This document shows, in pieces, positions 19,304 through 29,046 of a DNA stretch of 64,000 nucleotides. The DNA lies in the NCBI GenBank assembly GCA_052035525.1, contig JBPOHN010000012.1:208784-272783 (forward strand), in the 5' to 3' direction. Made by a program: the position numbers and the translations under genes. Source of the DNA: Armatimonadota bacterium (GTDB taxonomy: Bacteria > Armatimonadota > UBA5829). Position 1 is the first letter of the stretch. Every line of letters begins with the position of its first letter. The notes beneath the pieces were generated by a model. It was not told where the DNA came from and searched no databases. It saw nothing but the letters and a program-made list of their open reading frames with translations.

Positions 19304-19406
19304 CCTGTCATACTGAGCGCAGCCGGGAAAGAACCCGGCTTCCCTGGCTTTGCTCGTATTGTGAGCATAGCGAGGAATCTGGTATCCTAATACCGGTTCC
19401 ATCTGT

Positions 19407-19436
19407 CTGGGTGGCGATTCTCGGATCGCCACCCAG
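19407..19436. repeat. REP-like palindrome, copy 1 (CTGGGTGGCGAT-tctcgg-ATCGCCACCCAG)
   Basis: Perfect 12-bp arms. Same family as copies at 31294, 32496, 33149 and 36232. Confidence 0.6.
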
Positions 19437-19454
19437 TTGCACGAGGTAAAGCTG

Positions 19455-21227
19455 ATGAGGGTCAGTCGCCGTGACGTAATCAAAGGCGTGGCGCTCGGCG
19501 CGGGAGCACTTGCCTGCGGCGTCACCAGTTCGGAGGCAGGTTCGGAGATGAAGAGCCATCCCAGGCCGAGTAAGGCTATCGCACAAGACGAAGCCAAGTT
19601 TTGGCTGGAAACATCGCTGAAGCGCGTGTTTCCGAACTCACCGGAAGGCAGCGCCGAGCCGCTGAAGATGCTGTGCACCCGCAACGAGCGTATCTCCTTC
19701 CAGGCGTGTGTGCGGAATCTGCGCATCGGCTCGGTACCGGTCAAGGCGGCTGTGGATGCTGGCGGCTGGGAGACACGGATCAGGCGCGTCGGTTACGTCC
19801 CGATGCCGCACCTCAACACCGACTCTCCCAAAGAAGAGACCGACGGACTAGGGCACATCCCCGGCCTGTGCCCGGATCCCCTGTTCCCCGAGGACACGGC
19901 GCATGTCGGCCCGGAGGAAAACGCTGCGTTCTGGATCAACGTCACGGTCCCACCAGACGCCAGTAGGGGGCTCCATACAGTCAAGGTCAGCTTGACGCTT
20001 GAAAATGAGTTCCGCTTTCCCCTCTGGATCAACCCGAAGCCTGTGACGGTCGAGATGGAAGTTCACCTGGACGTGAGGCCGCTTGTTATCAAGCCGCGCA
20101 GGGACTTCCCCGTAACGCAGTGGATCAACATCGAGTCGATCTGGGACTACTACCGCATCGAGCCCTTCTGCGAGCGCTTCTGGGAACTGGCCGATGCCTT
20201 CGTGGCCGATATGGTCGCTCACGGCGTAGACTGCATCTACGGCCCGATCTTCAACAACCGCCATGAGCTAATGCCAAGGCCCGGCCAGCTCCTGCGCGTT
20301 CGCCGGACGGCGCCAGATAAGTACGAGTTCGACTTCAGCGACGTCCGCCGGTGGATCAAGATCGCCCTCAAGAACGGCGCGAACTACCTCGAGTGGACCC
20401 ACCTCTTTACGCCCGCCCCGACCAGTGCCAGGTACCCGCAGCGCATCTTCGAGCGGTGGGGCGAGAAGACGGGCGAGATGCTCTGGCCGCCCGAGACGCT
20501 TGCAACGTCCGATACCTATCGCAAGTTCCTGGAGCAGTTCCTTCCGAAGTTCAGGGATGTGCTCGCCGAGGAAAAGGTCCTGGACAAATCCTTCTTCCAC
20601 TGCGCAGACGAGCCCGATGGCCCCGAACAGAGCGCCGATTACCGCAAAGCCCGTGCGATGCTGAAGGAAATCGCCCCGTGGATGAAGGTGCTGGATGCGA
20701 TGAGCGACCCCATTTTTGCGACGGAGGGGCTGTGCGACATGCCCATCCCGAGCATCGCCACAGCTCACATCTTCGACGAGGCCAAATGCCCGCACTGGGC
20801 CTATTTCTGCTGCGGCCCGAGGGGCGAGTGGCTGCAGAGGCTTCTAGACACGCCGCTGCCCAAAATTCGCATGAGCGGCTGGCTGTTCCACAAGCTGCAG
20901 GCGAAGGGCTTCCTGCATTGGGGGCACAACTACTGGTATAAGTTCTGCACCGGCGACATCGCCGATCCATATCAGGACACCGCGGTCGGGGCCTGGCCGG
21001 GGCTGCCCTACGGCGACCCATTCGTTGTCTATCCCGGCGCGGACGGTCCCGTCGATTCGATCCGTTGGGAGGTTTTCGCCGAAAGCCTTCAGGACTATGC
21101 CCTTCTGCAATCGGCAGGGGTCAAGCCCGGCGACAAGCTGCTGGAGAAGCTGGTGAGTTACGCGGTGTTCCCGAAAACGGAGGACTGGCTGAAGCAAGCG
21201 AGAGAGGCTGTGCTGGGCAAGACGTAG
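19455..21227 (+). CDS. Tat-secreted DUF4091/glycoside-hydrolase-like protein
   Basis: MRVSRRDVIKGVALGAGALA has a twin-arginine signal. ~590 aa; no further family assignment possible by eye. Confidence 0.55.
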   Translation: MRVSRRDVIKGVALGAGALACGVTSSEAGSEMKSHPRPSKAIAQDEAKFWLETSLKRVFPNSPEGSAEPLKMLCTRNERISFQACVRNLRIGSVPVKAAVDAGGWETRIRRVGYVPMPHLNTDSPKEETDGLGHIPGLCPDPLFPEDTAHVGPEENAAFWINVTVPPDASRGLHTVKVSLTLENEFRFPLWINPKPVTVEMEVHLDVRPLVIKPRRDFPVTQWINIESIWDYYRIEPFCERFWELADAFVADMVAHGVDCIYGPIFNNRHELMPRPGQLLRVRRTAPDKYEFDFSDVRRWIKIALKNGANYLEWTHLFTPAPTSARYPQRIFERWGEKTGEMLWPPETLATSDTYRKFLEQFLPKFRDVLAEEKVLDKSFFHCADEPDGPEQSADYRKARAMLKEIAPWMKVLDAMSDPIFATEGLCDMPIPSIATAHIFDEAKCPHWAYFCCGPRGEWLQRLLDTPLPKIRMSGWLFHKLQAKGFLHWGHNYWYKFCTGDIADPYQDTAVGAWPGLPYGDPFVVYPGADGPVDSIRWEVFAESLQDYALLQSAGVKPGDKLLEKLVSYAVFPKTEDWLKQAREAVLGKT

Positions 21228-21230
21228 TCT

Positions 21231-22577
21231 CTATGAGTGGCTCTTCACCCACCCCGCGATATCGTCGATGACGTACTGCGGAACCGGCGTACGCTTCTGG
21301 TACTCCTGCGGCACGCTCTTGCCCTCTCCCTCCCCAAACAGGTGGTTCAATTTCGGGTAGAGCTTGAACGTCACGTCCTTACGTTCCGCAAGCGCCTCTC
21401 GCCAGATGTCGAAGCTGGACCTCGTGACCTGGTAGTCCCTGCCGCCTTGCAGGATCAGCATCGGTTGCTTGAGCGATTTCGCCGTCTCGGCGGGTCTGTA
21501 GCCTCTCAAGTCCAGCCAATACGAGCCCGGCGCCCCCAGTATCGCCGGCGCCGATGCGGATAGCTTCGGGTCCTTCACCCTTACGACCAGAGCCTTTAGC
21601 TCTTTGAGCTCCTTATCTGCTTCCTTGGACGGCCCAGACAGCGAGCTCAGGTATTGCGCCTGCTCGACTATGATGTCCTCCAGCGGACGGGTCGGCCCCG
21701 CCATCACTATCAGACCCGCAAGGCCCGGGTCGTTCTTGCCTATGCGCGGAATGAGCATTCCGCCCAGGCTATGGCCCAGCACGAAGATGCGCCCCGGGTT
21801 GATCCTCTCTCTGCCGCGAAGCAGCCTGGTCGCGGCGGCAGCGTCATCGAGCACTTCTTCCTTTACCGTAAGCTCCCTAATAGCCGCTATCCTCTTCGGG
21901 TGCACCTTGGTCCTCTTGTCGTAGCGGAGGACGGCTACCCCCTGCGAAGCCAGCCCGGCGGCGAGGTCCTTGAAGGGCTTGTTTGCTCCGATCGTCTCAT
22001 CCCTGTCTTGCTGGCCCGAACCGTGAACGAGCACTACGGCGGCGAAAGGGCCGGCGCCTTCGGGCATCGAGAGAGTGCCGGGCAGCTTCCATTCACCCGT
22101 GCCCACGCTCACCTCCGACTCGCTGAACGCGGCCGCGTCCGCGTAGCCGGGGGCCGAGTACTCGGCTTCTGCCGCGGCGATATGCTCGACGAACCAGAGC
22201 CCGCTGATCTTGCCGTCTCTGCCAAACACGACTTTGGCATCAAGTGTGACCTTCTCGAACTCCATTGGGACGTACACTACGTCGAAGCCGTCCTCATGCG
22301 CCGTCCGGGACTTGCCGAGCTTCCTGAGAGCGCCATTCAACGCTACCAGGCCCTCCCACGTCTGCTTCAGCCTGTCCGCCGGCATCGCTGCGGCCACCGC
22401 TGCGTCAAACTGCTGTGTCGCTTCTACGTAACTGCCGCCTGCCATCGCCTGCACGAATCGCACCGCCTTCGCGGTGTTGGCATCCGGTGCGCTTGTGGAT
22501 TTCGAGCACGACGCCAGCCCCAGTGCAGTCATCAGCAGCATTACGCCGAGCACCATTCCCGATGCATTCCTGCGCAT
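21231..22577 (-). CDS. Lipoprotein alpha/beta-hydrolase with N-terminal DUF3887-like domain
   Basis: Lipobox LGLASCS, nucleophile elbow GHSLGG, and LVHGSGQQDRDE. Confidence 0.8.
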   Translation of the reverse strand: MRRNASGMVLGVMLLMTALGLASCSKSTSAPDANTAKAVRFVQAMAGGSYVEATQQFDAAVAAAMPADRLKQTWEGLVALNGALRKLGKSRTAHEDGFDVVYVPMEFEKVTLDAKVVFGRDGKISGLWFVEHIAAAEAEYSAPGYADAAAFSESEVSVGTGEWKLPGTLSMPEGAGPFAAVVLVHGSGQQDRDETIGANKPFKDLAAGLASQGVAVLRYDKRTKVHPKRIAAIRELTVKEEVLDDAAAATRLLRGRERINPGRIFVLGHSLGGMLIPRIGKNDPGLAGLIVMAGPTRPLEDIIVEQAQYLSSLSGPSKEADKELKELKALVVRVKDPKLSASAPAILGAPGSYWLDLRGYRPAETAKSLKQPMLILQGGRDYQVTRSSFDIWREALAERKDVTFKLYPKLNHLFGEGEGKSVPQEYQKRTPVPQYVIDDIAGWVKSHS

Positions 22578-22586
22578 AACTCCCTC

Positions 22587-23162
22587 CTACTTGCCGAGTA
22601 TGAGTAGACCCGAGATATCGCCGCCGCGGCTGAACTTCACGTGGACGTCCAGCTGGGCCCTGGCGAACTCGCAGGTAATCGAAACCGTCGTATGCTTCCA
22701 GTGCCGCTCGACACGCGTCTCCAGCGTCTTGACGAAAGGCCCGAATATATCCACCGTCTTCACCCACGCGCTCTCCAGCTTCTCGACCGGCAATGCCGCT
22801 GCCAGCTCGGCATCGAAGTCTCGTGTAACAGCGGCGAAGTCCTGCCGGACGAGCGATTCCACGATTCCGTGCGCGACCGATTCCATATCATCCGGCGGCG
22901 TCCAGGCAAATAGGTAGTCCTCCATCAGCGAGTTGAGCGCATCCTCCAGCACATCGGCGTTCAGATGATACGTGACGTTCCTGCCGCTCTTTGCAGCCCG
23001 AACCAGTCCCGCCTCTCGCAGCACGGCGAAGTGCGCCGAGAGCGTCGGCTTCGTCACCTCGAAATGCGCCGCGATCTCGCCTGCCGTCATATCCCGCTCC
23101 CGCAGGAGCTGCATAATCCTCCGCCTTGTCCCATCGGCCAGGGCTCTGTATACCTTGTCCAT
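22587..23162 (-). CDS. ArsR/SmtB-family HTH regulator fused to a DUF3887-like domain
   Basis: Start at MDKVYRALADGTRRRIMQLL (winged HTH). The C-terminal domain resembles the N-domain of the adjacent hydrolase. Confidence 0.7.
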   Translation of the reverse strand: MDKVYRALADGTRRRIMQLLRERDMTAGEIAAHFEVTKPTLSAHFAVLREAGLVRAAKSGRNVTYHLNADVLEDALNSLMEDYLFAWTPPDDMESVAHGIVESLVRQDFAAVTRDFDAELAAALPVEKLESAWVKTVDIFGPFVKTLETRVERHWKHTTVSITCEFARAQLDVHVKFSRGGDISGLLILGK

Positions 23163-23225
23163 AGTGAGTGTTCGATATTTGGCAAACTGTCGAATGATAA
23201 CAGCCTCTGGACTCGATGTCAACGG

Positions 23226-23255
23226 TTGTTCTGACGTACATTGTTCTGACGTACA
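23226..23255. repeat. Perfect tandem direct repeat 2 x TTGTTCTGACGTACA in the arsR-like promoter region
   Basis: Seen directly at 23226-23240 and 23241-23255. Confidence 0.6.
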
Positions 23256-23289
23256 CAACAAAACGGCCGGGGCATCTTCCGCCCCGGCC
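23256..23289 (-). terminator. Intrinsic terminator of the giant gene (minus strand)
   Basis: GGCCGGGGC-atcttcc-GCCCCGGCC hairpin; on the minus strand it is followed by a U-rich GUUUUGUUGU tract. Confidence 0.5.
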
Positions 23290-23318
23290 GCAGCTTTCAA
23301 CGTTCAACTCTCCAACTT

Positions 23319-26300
23319 CTAACTGACTTTGACTTCCACCGTCGCGCTCGTCGCATTGCCTGCGGCATCTATCGCCTGGACCTCGACTTTGTGCTCCCCA
23401 AGCGATAGGCTCGGCGTCGTGATCGTGAAGTCCTCGCTGGGCGAGTCGAATATGCCGTTGTCAGGCTCCGCGGCAGCCCAGTCGCCGCCGTCCACCCGAT
23501 ACTGCACGCCGGTTATCTCCACGGACTTGCTCGTCGCAGTTCCGGTGATTGTCGCCGCGGCGGCAGCCTTCATCTGGATTGTCCGCCTGCCAAGCTTAAG
23601 CTCAGGAGCCTTGTTGCAGATCGTGAACGGCTCGGAGATGACCTCGTCCGTCAGCGAGCCAGTTGCATTGCTCGATTTGTCACTTGCCACAACCTTGATC
23701 AGGTAGGTCCCGTCCTCAACCGAGGCCGTGTTCCAGTTGTATGACGTGCTAGTCGAAGGCCCGCCAGCAGGCTTCGGAGGCGTCGGCATTGTCCCGGCCT
23801 TGCCTGCGGCGCCTATCGCCGTTGTGATCGGCTTCTTCACGTCCTCCGGCACGTCACCAGCCTTCGCCAACTCGGATGACAGCTTTGCCATTATCTCGCT
23901 TGCCGGTTTGCGCTCCGTTGTGGCCGCCCCACTGGTCATTCCGCCGACAAGAGCAGTCCAGTCCTTGCCTCCGTTCTTCGAGTAGAACACGTCGTAGGTT
24001 AGGGTGTCCTTGTCCGGATCGGAGCCCGTCCAGCGAATGGTCTGCTTGCCGGACCACGTCTCGCCTCCGCTGGGCGAAGTGAGCTTCACCACCGGCGCCT
24101 GGTTTGGCGTGAGGTAGGAAATCGCTACCAGCGATACCCTCGGGGTCACGTTTGGCTTGGACGTGGTCAACACCACCTGATACTGGATATACCTGCCCGG
24201 CTTGTTCGGAATCTGCTGGCCGGCGCTATTCGTATAAGGGGCCGACCAATCGGTCCACGTGGAATCCGGATTCTCGACGTTTCCCGTACGTGTGCGGATC
24301 TCGACAGCAGTTCCCTCGGGAGTATCGGCGATCCACTTGATCCGACCCCACTTCGACGGCATCTTGGCATCGTGGACGGCGGACTCGAAGCTGCCCCTGA
24401 TGTCGCAGCACTTGCTCAGATATACCGACCCCACGTTGCCTGTGCTCGCGTAAAGCTCGTCCTCTGTGTCGTTCAAGGCCAGTGAGAGGAATTGCAGCTT
24501 CTCCTGCGATGAATCGAGCTGCACCACGGTGTCATCTGGCGCTATCTTCACTAGCGTCGAATCCGATACGGCATACACGTTGTTGCGCGAGTCGCACACC
24601 ATCGACATCACCCGGTTGGCCTTAGGATAGACCACCTTCGATCTGCCCTCCGCGTCGACCTTGTAGATCGCGCTCTTGGTGCCGACGAAGGCGTTTCCAT
24701 CGCCATCACTCACAACCGATATGGCGGCATCCTCCGGCGCGTCGAAAATCGGTGTCGCTCTGCCGCTCTTGTCGGCGCGGTAGACGACGCCACCGATCCC
24801 GGTTCCAATCAGAAGCGAGCCGTGAGGGTCCCAGCCCAGGCTGAGTACCTGCTGCTCGTTCACTGAGGTGAACACGGTCGCCACGCCCGCCGGGCTGATC
24901 TTGTAGACCTTGCCTCCGTCACCAACGCCGGCATAGAGATTCCCCTGCGGATCCACGGTCAGGGCGAGTACATATTTCTCGTCCGCCTTGTATAGCAGCT
25001 TGCCCTTGCCGTCCGGCGTGATCTTGAATATCTTGCCGAACGGCGACGTCCCGGCGTACACGTTGCCGGCAGCGTCCCTGACCACGGAGTGCACTTCCAG
25101 TTCTCCGGTCTCATAGAACACGCTCGATTCCCCGGAGTTCGTGATCTTGTAGATCTTGCCGGCGTTTCCTGTTCCGGCGTAGACGCCATCCTTAGTTGCG
25201 CACACGCTCCACACGTATTGCTCCGGGGTATCCGATAGCTTTTTCAGTGTTGGAGCAAGCTCCAGCTTGTTCTGACTGGAAGCAGACACTCCCATGAACC
25301 TGCCCTTGGCAAAGTCAGCCTGCGTCTTTTGGATCCATGTGGTCGCCTGCCGCACCACAGTCTTCACGTTCGACTTCGGCCCCGGCGCAGGCTCCGGTTT
25401 CTTATCTTCTGAATCGGGCTCGGCGTCAGAGGAGCTATCAGCCGTTTTCAGATCCTCCGATTCCGCGGAGTCCTTCTCCACGGACATCGGCTCTTCCTGA
25501 ACGGGCTCGTCCTTGACGGCGGCCGGTGTTGCGGCCAGATCATCCGGCCCGGAGCCTGACCGGGTAGACATGAACTCGATGTCCGAGTAGTCGCTCGTGT
25601 CCAGACTCGTCGTGTCGCTCGAACTCGACGATGACGACGAGCTGCTGCTGTCCATGGAGTCCAGCGAAGTGCTCAGCCTGAGCGGGCCCTTCGACTCACG
25701 CAGGGATTTCCTCTTCACGTCCAGTGTCAGCCGGGCCGTGCCCGATACGATCGCGTCGCTGGGGAAGACGGCCTTCACTTCCTCCCGCTCCATCCTCAAG
25801 CCTGAGTTGCGTGAGGACCGCATTATGTCGGATATGACCGTTGGCATGCCCGCCAGCTTCTCGCCTGCCACGTTTATGGCGGTGTTCCGCATCAGGAGTT
25901 GCAGCACGATCTCGTTGTTCCTCTCGCGCTCCAGGAACTTGGAGACCAACTGCTGCACGTTATCTGCGTTAGCCATGCCCGAGTCCCCGCCCAGTACTCC
26001 TCCGCCTGGCATTATGTCCGCTTCGGAGGAATCGCTGCTCGCGTCCGAGGAGGGCGCGGCCATTATCTGCAGCCCTGCAGGCGTCGCGCCGCCCCGAACA
26101 ACAAGGCTGATCTTGCCATCGGCGGCAGTCGCGGGGATCTTGATCTGGAACATCTTCGTGACGCGCGGCTGCTTATATGGCCGCAGAACCACGCCCACGT
26201 CCACTATCTCACCCGGCTCGAACTCACTCTTCTTCACGAAGATCCTGTCGATCGTGGCGGTCTCCCGCTTCGCAAGGATCTTCACCTTCACGTTGACTGA

Positions 26301-27692
26301 GTGAATGTCCAGCGGCTCGAACTTGTTCGAGCTGAGCAGGCTCAAGAGGCGCGCAACGTCCATTGTCGCCGGCATATCGATAGAGGCTGTATCAAAAAAC
26401 ACGTTGCTTCGCGATATCTTGCCGATCCGGTCCGCCACTACATCATAGCTGACCATCGCGGTCGCATCGCCGGGCGTCGTATGGATCGTGGCTATCGCCT
26501 CGCTGGTAACCATCGCAATAAGCCTGGCGGCCAGCAGCGGATGGTTGATGACCTTGACGCGGAACACCCGGTCACGCTTGGCGGACTGATCGTCCACCGC
26601 GATCGTCACGGGAATCGTCTTCGTGGTAGCTCCCAGAGCGCCCGCGATCGACCACGGCCGGTCCTGGAAAATCCGGCCCACCGTCTCTATTGCCGTACCG
26701 ACCTTGATCGAGGTCTGGAAATTCGACATGCAGTCAACAATGAAAGCGGTAGTCATCGGCGCGTCAATGGAGCCGATCCCGAGCATCGGATGGCCGAACG
26801 CCAGAATTCTGTTTCCGCGCCGATAGGTGACCGTACCGATCCCCGTCATGTCGAGGTCGCCGGAGGCAAGCGACATGCCGACCGCGGAACCCGGCTTCAA
26901 GTCCACCTTCAACTTGGATTTCGGGTCCGATCCGCCAGGTCCGGCTATGGGCCTGATGTTATAGGGCTTCAGTATCTCGGCCAGCCGCTCGATCCCGCGC
27001 CGCGAGATACCGCTGCACATAAGCGGGGTCATCAAGGGCTGCATGTACATAACGTCGCCCTCGACACTTCGATTGCTGCCGGTTGTGTCGATCTGCACCT
27101 TCCGCACGGTCTTACCGTCTATGCTCAGCGGTTCCGGAAGCGATTGGGCGCTGGAATAGCCGCTGGGGTGCTTCGGGAGGTTGCTGTCCCACGCCTCCAG
27201 CATATCCGCTATAGGTGTCACCATTCCCACGGGCTCCTTGGCGAACGGCATTCCGTAGGCGATGGCGCCAATGAGCTTGTCCTTTATGTAGACCGGGCTT
27301 CCGCTCATGCCGCTCATAATACCGGTCTGCCGCTTGTTGATCGGCCCGCCGCCGACCCGGACCATGATCAGGTCCCTGCCGGTGTTCGTGCGCTTCATCA
27401 CTCCAAGGATCTCGACGTCGAACTTCTCGATCGTCGTCCCGTGGAACACGGTCAGCCCGTAGCCTCTCATGCCTCTCTTGACCTCGGAAACCGGCATGAT
27501 CTTCTTCGCGTCCTCAGCCGCGAGAGTCGGCCAATACGCAGCCAGAGCCGCCGGCACCAGAGCGCCAAAGACGAAAGCCAGTGTCACGACGAACAGGGTG
27601 AGTCTGCGGTAACTACTCAAGCTAATTCCTCCAGGACATGAAAAGCGGGGCAGCAGTAGCTGTGCCGCCCCGCACAGATAAGATAGTAGCAC
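23319..27692 (-). CDS. Giant secreted/anchored multidomain protein: S55 (SpoIVB)-like serine peptidase motifs, acidic Ser-rich linker, 7-blade beta-propeller and C-terminal Ig-like domains
   Basis: N-terminal signal/anchor; GMSGSPVYI (Ser motif), GIGTVTYRRGNRILAFGHPM (S55 His motif); SSSSSSSSSSDTTSLDTSDYSD low-complexity stretch; seven ~40-aa blades (YAGTGNAGKIYKI, YAGTSPFGKIFKI, YAGVGDGGKVYKI...); C-terminal Ig-like repeats. Confidence 0.8.
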   Translation of the reverse strand: MLLSYLCGAAQLLLPRFSCPGGISLSSYRRLTLFVVTLAFVFGALVPAALAAYWPTLAAEDAKKIMPVSEVKRGMRGYGLTVFHGTTIEKFDVEILGVMKRTNTGRDLIMVRVGGGPINKRQTGIMSGMSGSPVYIKDKLIGAIAYGMPFAKEPVGMVTPIADMLEAWDSNLPKHPSGYSSAQSLPEPLSIDGKTVRKVQIDTTGSNRSVEGDVMYMQPLMTPLMCSGISRRGIERLAEILKPYNIRPIAGPGGSDPKSKLKVDLKPGSAVGMSLASGDLDMTGIGTVTYRRGNRILAFGHPMLGIGSIDAPMTTAFIVDCMSNFQTSIKVGTAIETVGRIFQDRPWSIAGALGATTKTIPVTIAVDDQSAKRDRVFRVKVINHPLLAARLIAMVTSEAIATIHTTPGDATAMVSYDVVADRIGKISRSNVFFDTASIDMPATMDVARLLSLLSSNKFEPLDIHSVNVKVKILAKRETATIDRIFVKKSEFEPGEIVDVGVVLRPYKQPRVTKMFQIKIPATAADGKISLVVRGGATPAGLQIMAAPSSDASSDSSEADIMPGGGVLGGDSGMANADNVQQLVSKFLERERNNEIVLQLLMRNTAINVAGEKLAGMPTVISDIMRSSRNSGLRMEREEVKAVFPSDAIVSGTARLTLDVKRKSLRESKGPLRLSTSLDSMDSSSSSSSSSSSDTTSLDTSDYSDIEFMSTRSGSGPDDLAATPAAVKDEPVQEEPMSVEKDSAESEDLKTADSSSDAEPDSEDKKPEPAPGPKSNVKTVVRQATTWIQKTQADFAKGRFMGVSASSQNKLELAPTLKKLSDTPEQYVWSVCATKDGVYAGTGNAGKIYKITNSGESSVFYETGELEVHSVVRDAAGNVYAGTSPFGKIFKITPDGKGKLLYKADEKYVLALTVDPQGNLYAGVGDGGKVYKISPAGVATVFTSVNEQQVLSLGWDPHGSLLIGTGIGGVVYRADKSGRATPIFDAPEDAAISVVSDGDGNAFVGTKSAIYKVDAEGRSKVVYPKANRVMSMVCDSRNNVYAVSDSTLVKIAPDDTVVQLDSSQEKLQFLSLALNDTEDELYASTGNVGSVYLSKCCDIRGSFESAVHDAKMPSKWGRIKWIADTPEGTAVEIRTRTGNVENPDSTWTDWSAPYTNSAGQQIPNKPGRYIQYQVVLTTSKPNVTPRVSLVAISYLTPNQAPVVKLTSPSGGETWSGKQTIRWTGSDPDKDTLTYDVFYSKNGGKDWTALVGGMTSGAATTERKPASEIMAKLSSELAKAGDVPEDVKKPITTAIGAAGKAGTMPTPPKPAGGPSTSTSYNWNTASVEDGTYLIKVVASDKSSNATGSLTDEVISEPFTICNKAPELKLGRRTIQMKAAAAATITGTATSKSVEITGVQYRVDGGDWAAAEPDNGIFDSPSEDFTITTPSLSLGEHKVEVQAIDAAGNATSATVEVKVS

Positions 27693-27898
27693 GGCAACGT
27701 ATCTGCGTCAACATTTGCGCGGATGCCGTCCGTTTTACCATCTTCAGGTCTGCAATCCGAGACGTTCTGCCACAGCTAGTTCAAACTCTGCAGTATCGCT
27801 TTCTCATGGATTATCAGCACAGTCCGCACGCAACTCTAGTTACGTATGCATGGGCCCGATGTGTTTCCACAAGGTTCTACGATAGACGTCCCCCATAC

Positions 27899-27946
27899 TT
27901 GACGGCGGTGCATCGGGCACATAGAATAGCAATGTAAACGTTTACA
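27899..27946 (+). promoter_or_regulatory. sigma70-like promoter (TTGACG-17-TAGAAT) with LacI-family palindromic operator TGTAAACGTTTACA (27933-27946)
   Basis: -35 at 27899-27904, -10 at 27922-27927. A perfect 14-bp palindrome sits 20 nt upstream of the lacI-family ATG. Confidence 0.6.
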
Positions 27947-27965
27947 TCACGCCAATGAGATCGTA

Positions 27966-29018
27966 ATGGCCAGGTTTGTCACAATACATGACGTAGCGGC
28001 TGATGCTCAGGTCAGCACCGCGACCGTTTCCAGGGTTCTGAACGAGCCCTGGCGAGTCAGCCCCGATGCCCGCGAACGTGTCACCGCCAGCATCGCCAAA
28101 CTCGGCTATACGCCCAACCTGCGAGCCCGCCTGCTCGCGCGCGGCGACTCCGGGACCATCTGCTTTCTGCTCTCTAACCGGCCATTCCTGCACTCCATTC
28201 ATACTCAGATGCTTCAAGGAGCCGCTGACCGGGCAAATGCGCTCGGCGTGCAGATAGTCTACGCCGCCTGCTCATATCTGCCGGATACGCCCCCCTCCGA
28301 GATCGAAATGCCGCGCATCCTCGCCGCGAGGGGTCTCATCGACGGCGTCATAGTCGCCGGCACCAACTACCCGAACATGCTACAGGCTATCGACGAGCTT
28401 GCCCTTCCGCGCGTGCTGTTCGGCACGAATCTGATCGCGCCCGGGCTCGATCGCGTTCCCGCCGCGATCTATGTAGACGATGAATCCGGCGGATATCTTG
28501 CCGCGAAGCACCTTATCTCGCTCGGGCACAAAGCCATCCGCTTCATCGGCGACGTCACGCTCCCGTGGTATCGCCGCAGGTACGAGGGGTGCGCCCGTGC
28601 GATGCGCGAAGCCGGCCTGGAAGTGCATCCGGCCATTGGTAAGCGCGATGCGACCGAGCAGACCATCACCGAATACGCCATGGGCGCAAGCGCGGTGAAC
28701 GAGCTCTGCGATCGCGGCGAGCCCTTCACCGCCATCTTCGCCGGCGGGGATATGGCCGCCCACGGAGCTATGCGCTCCCTTGCCGCCCGCGGACTGCGCG
28801 TGCCCGGCGACGTGAGCGTGGTAGGTTTCAACGACGAAGAGCTCGCGCAGATCGCGGAGCCTCCGCTGACCACTATCCGCATACCCACCGAGCAGATCGG
28901 CGCGCAGTGTGTAGATATGCTTCGCAAGATGCTTCAGGAGGATGCTGCCCTTGATGCGGCCACAGTACCGGTTGAGCTGATTGAGAGGGAGTCAACCGCA
29001 CCAATTCGTCATTCGTAA
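27966..29018 (+). CDS. LacI-family transcriptional regulator
   Basis: VTIHDVAADAQVSTATVSRVLN (HTH) plus a periplasmic-binding-fold C-domain. Confidence 0.9.
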   Translation: MARFVTIHDVAADAQVSTATVSRVLNEPWRVSPDARERVTASIAKLGYTPNLRARLLARGDSGTICFLLSNRPFLHSIHTQMLQGAADRANALGVQIVYAACSYLPDTPPSEIEMPRILAARGLIDGVIVAGTNYPNMLQAIDELALPRVLFGTNLIAPGLDRVPAAIYVDDESGGYLAAKHLISLGHKAIRFIGDVTLPWYRRRYEGCARAMREAGLEVHPAIGKRDATEQTITEYAMGASAVNELCDRGEPFTAIFAGGDMAAHGAMRSLAARGLRVPGDVSVVGFNDEELAQIAEPPLTTIRIPTEQIGAQCVDMLRKMLQEDAALDAATVPVELIERESTAPIRHS

Positions 29019-29046
29019 CTAGCGATTTGTCATTCAGGAGATTGCC

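Noticed and set aside
26301-27641. 446-aa plus-strand ORF inside the giant gene
   Set aside because: Antisense to the S55-like protease region of the 1457-aa protein; Arg/His/Gly-rich; no motifs.
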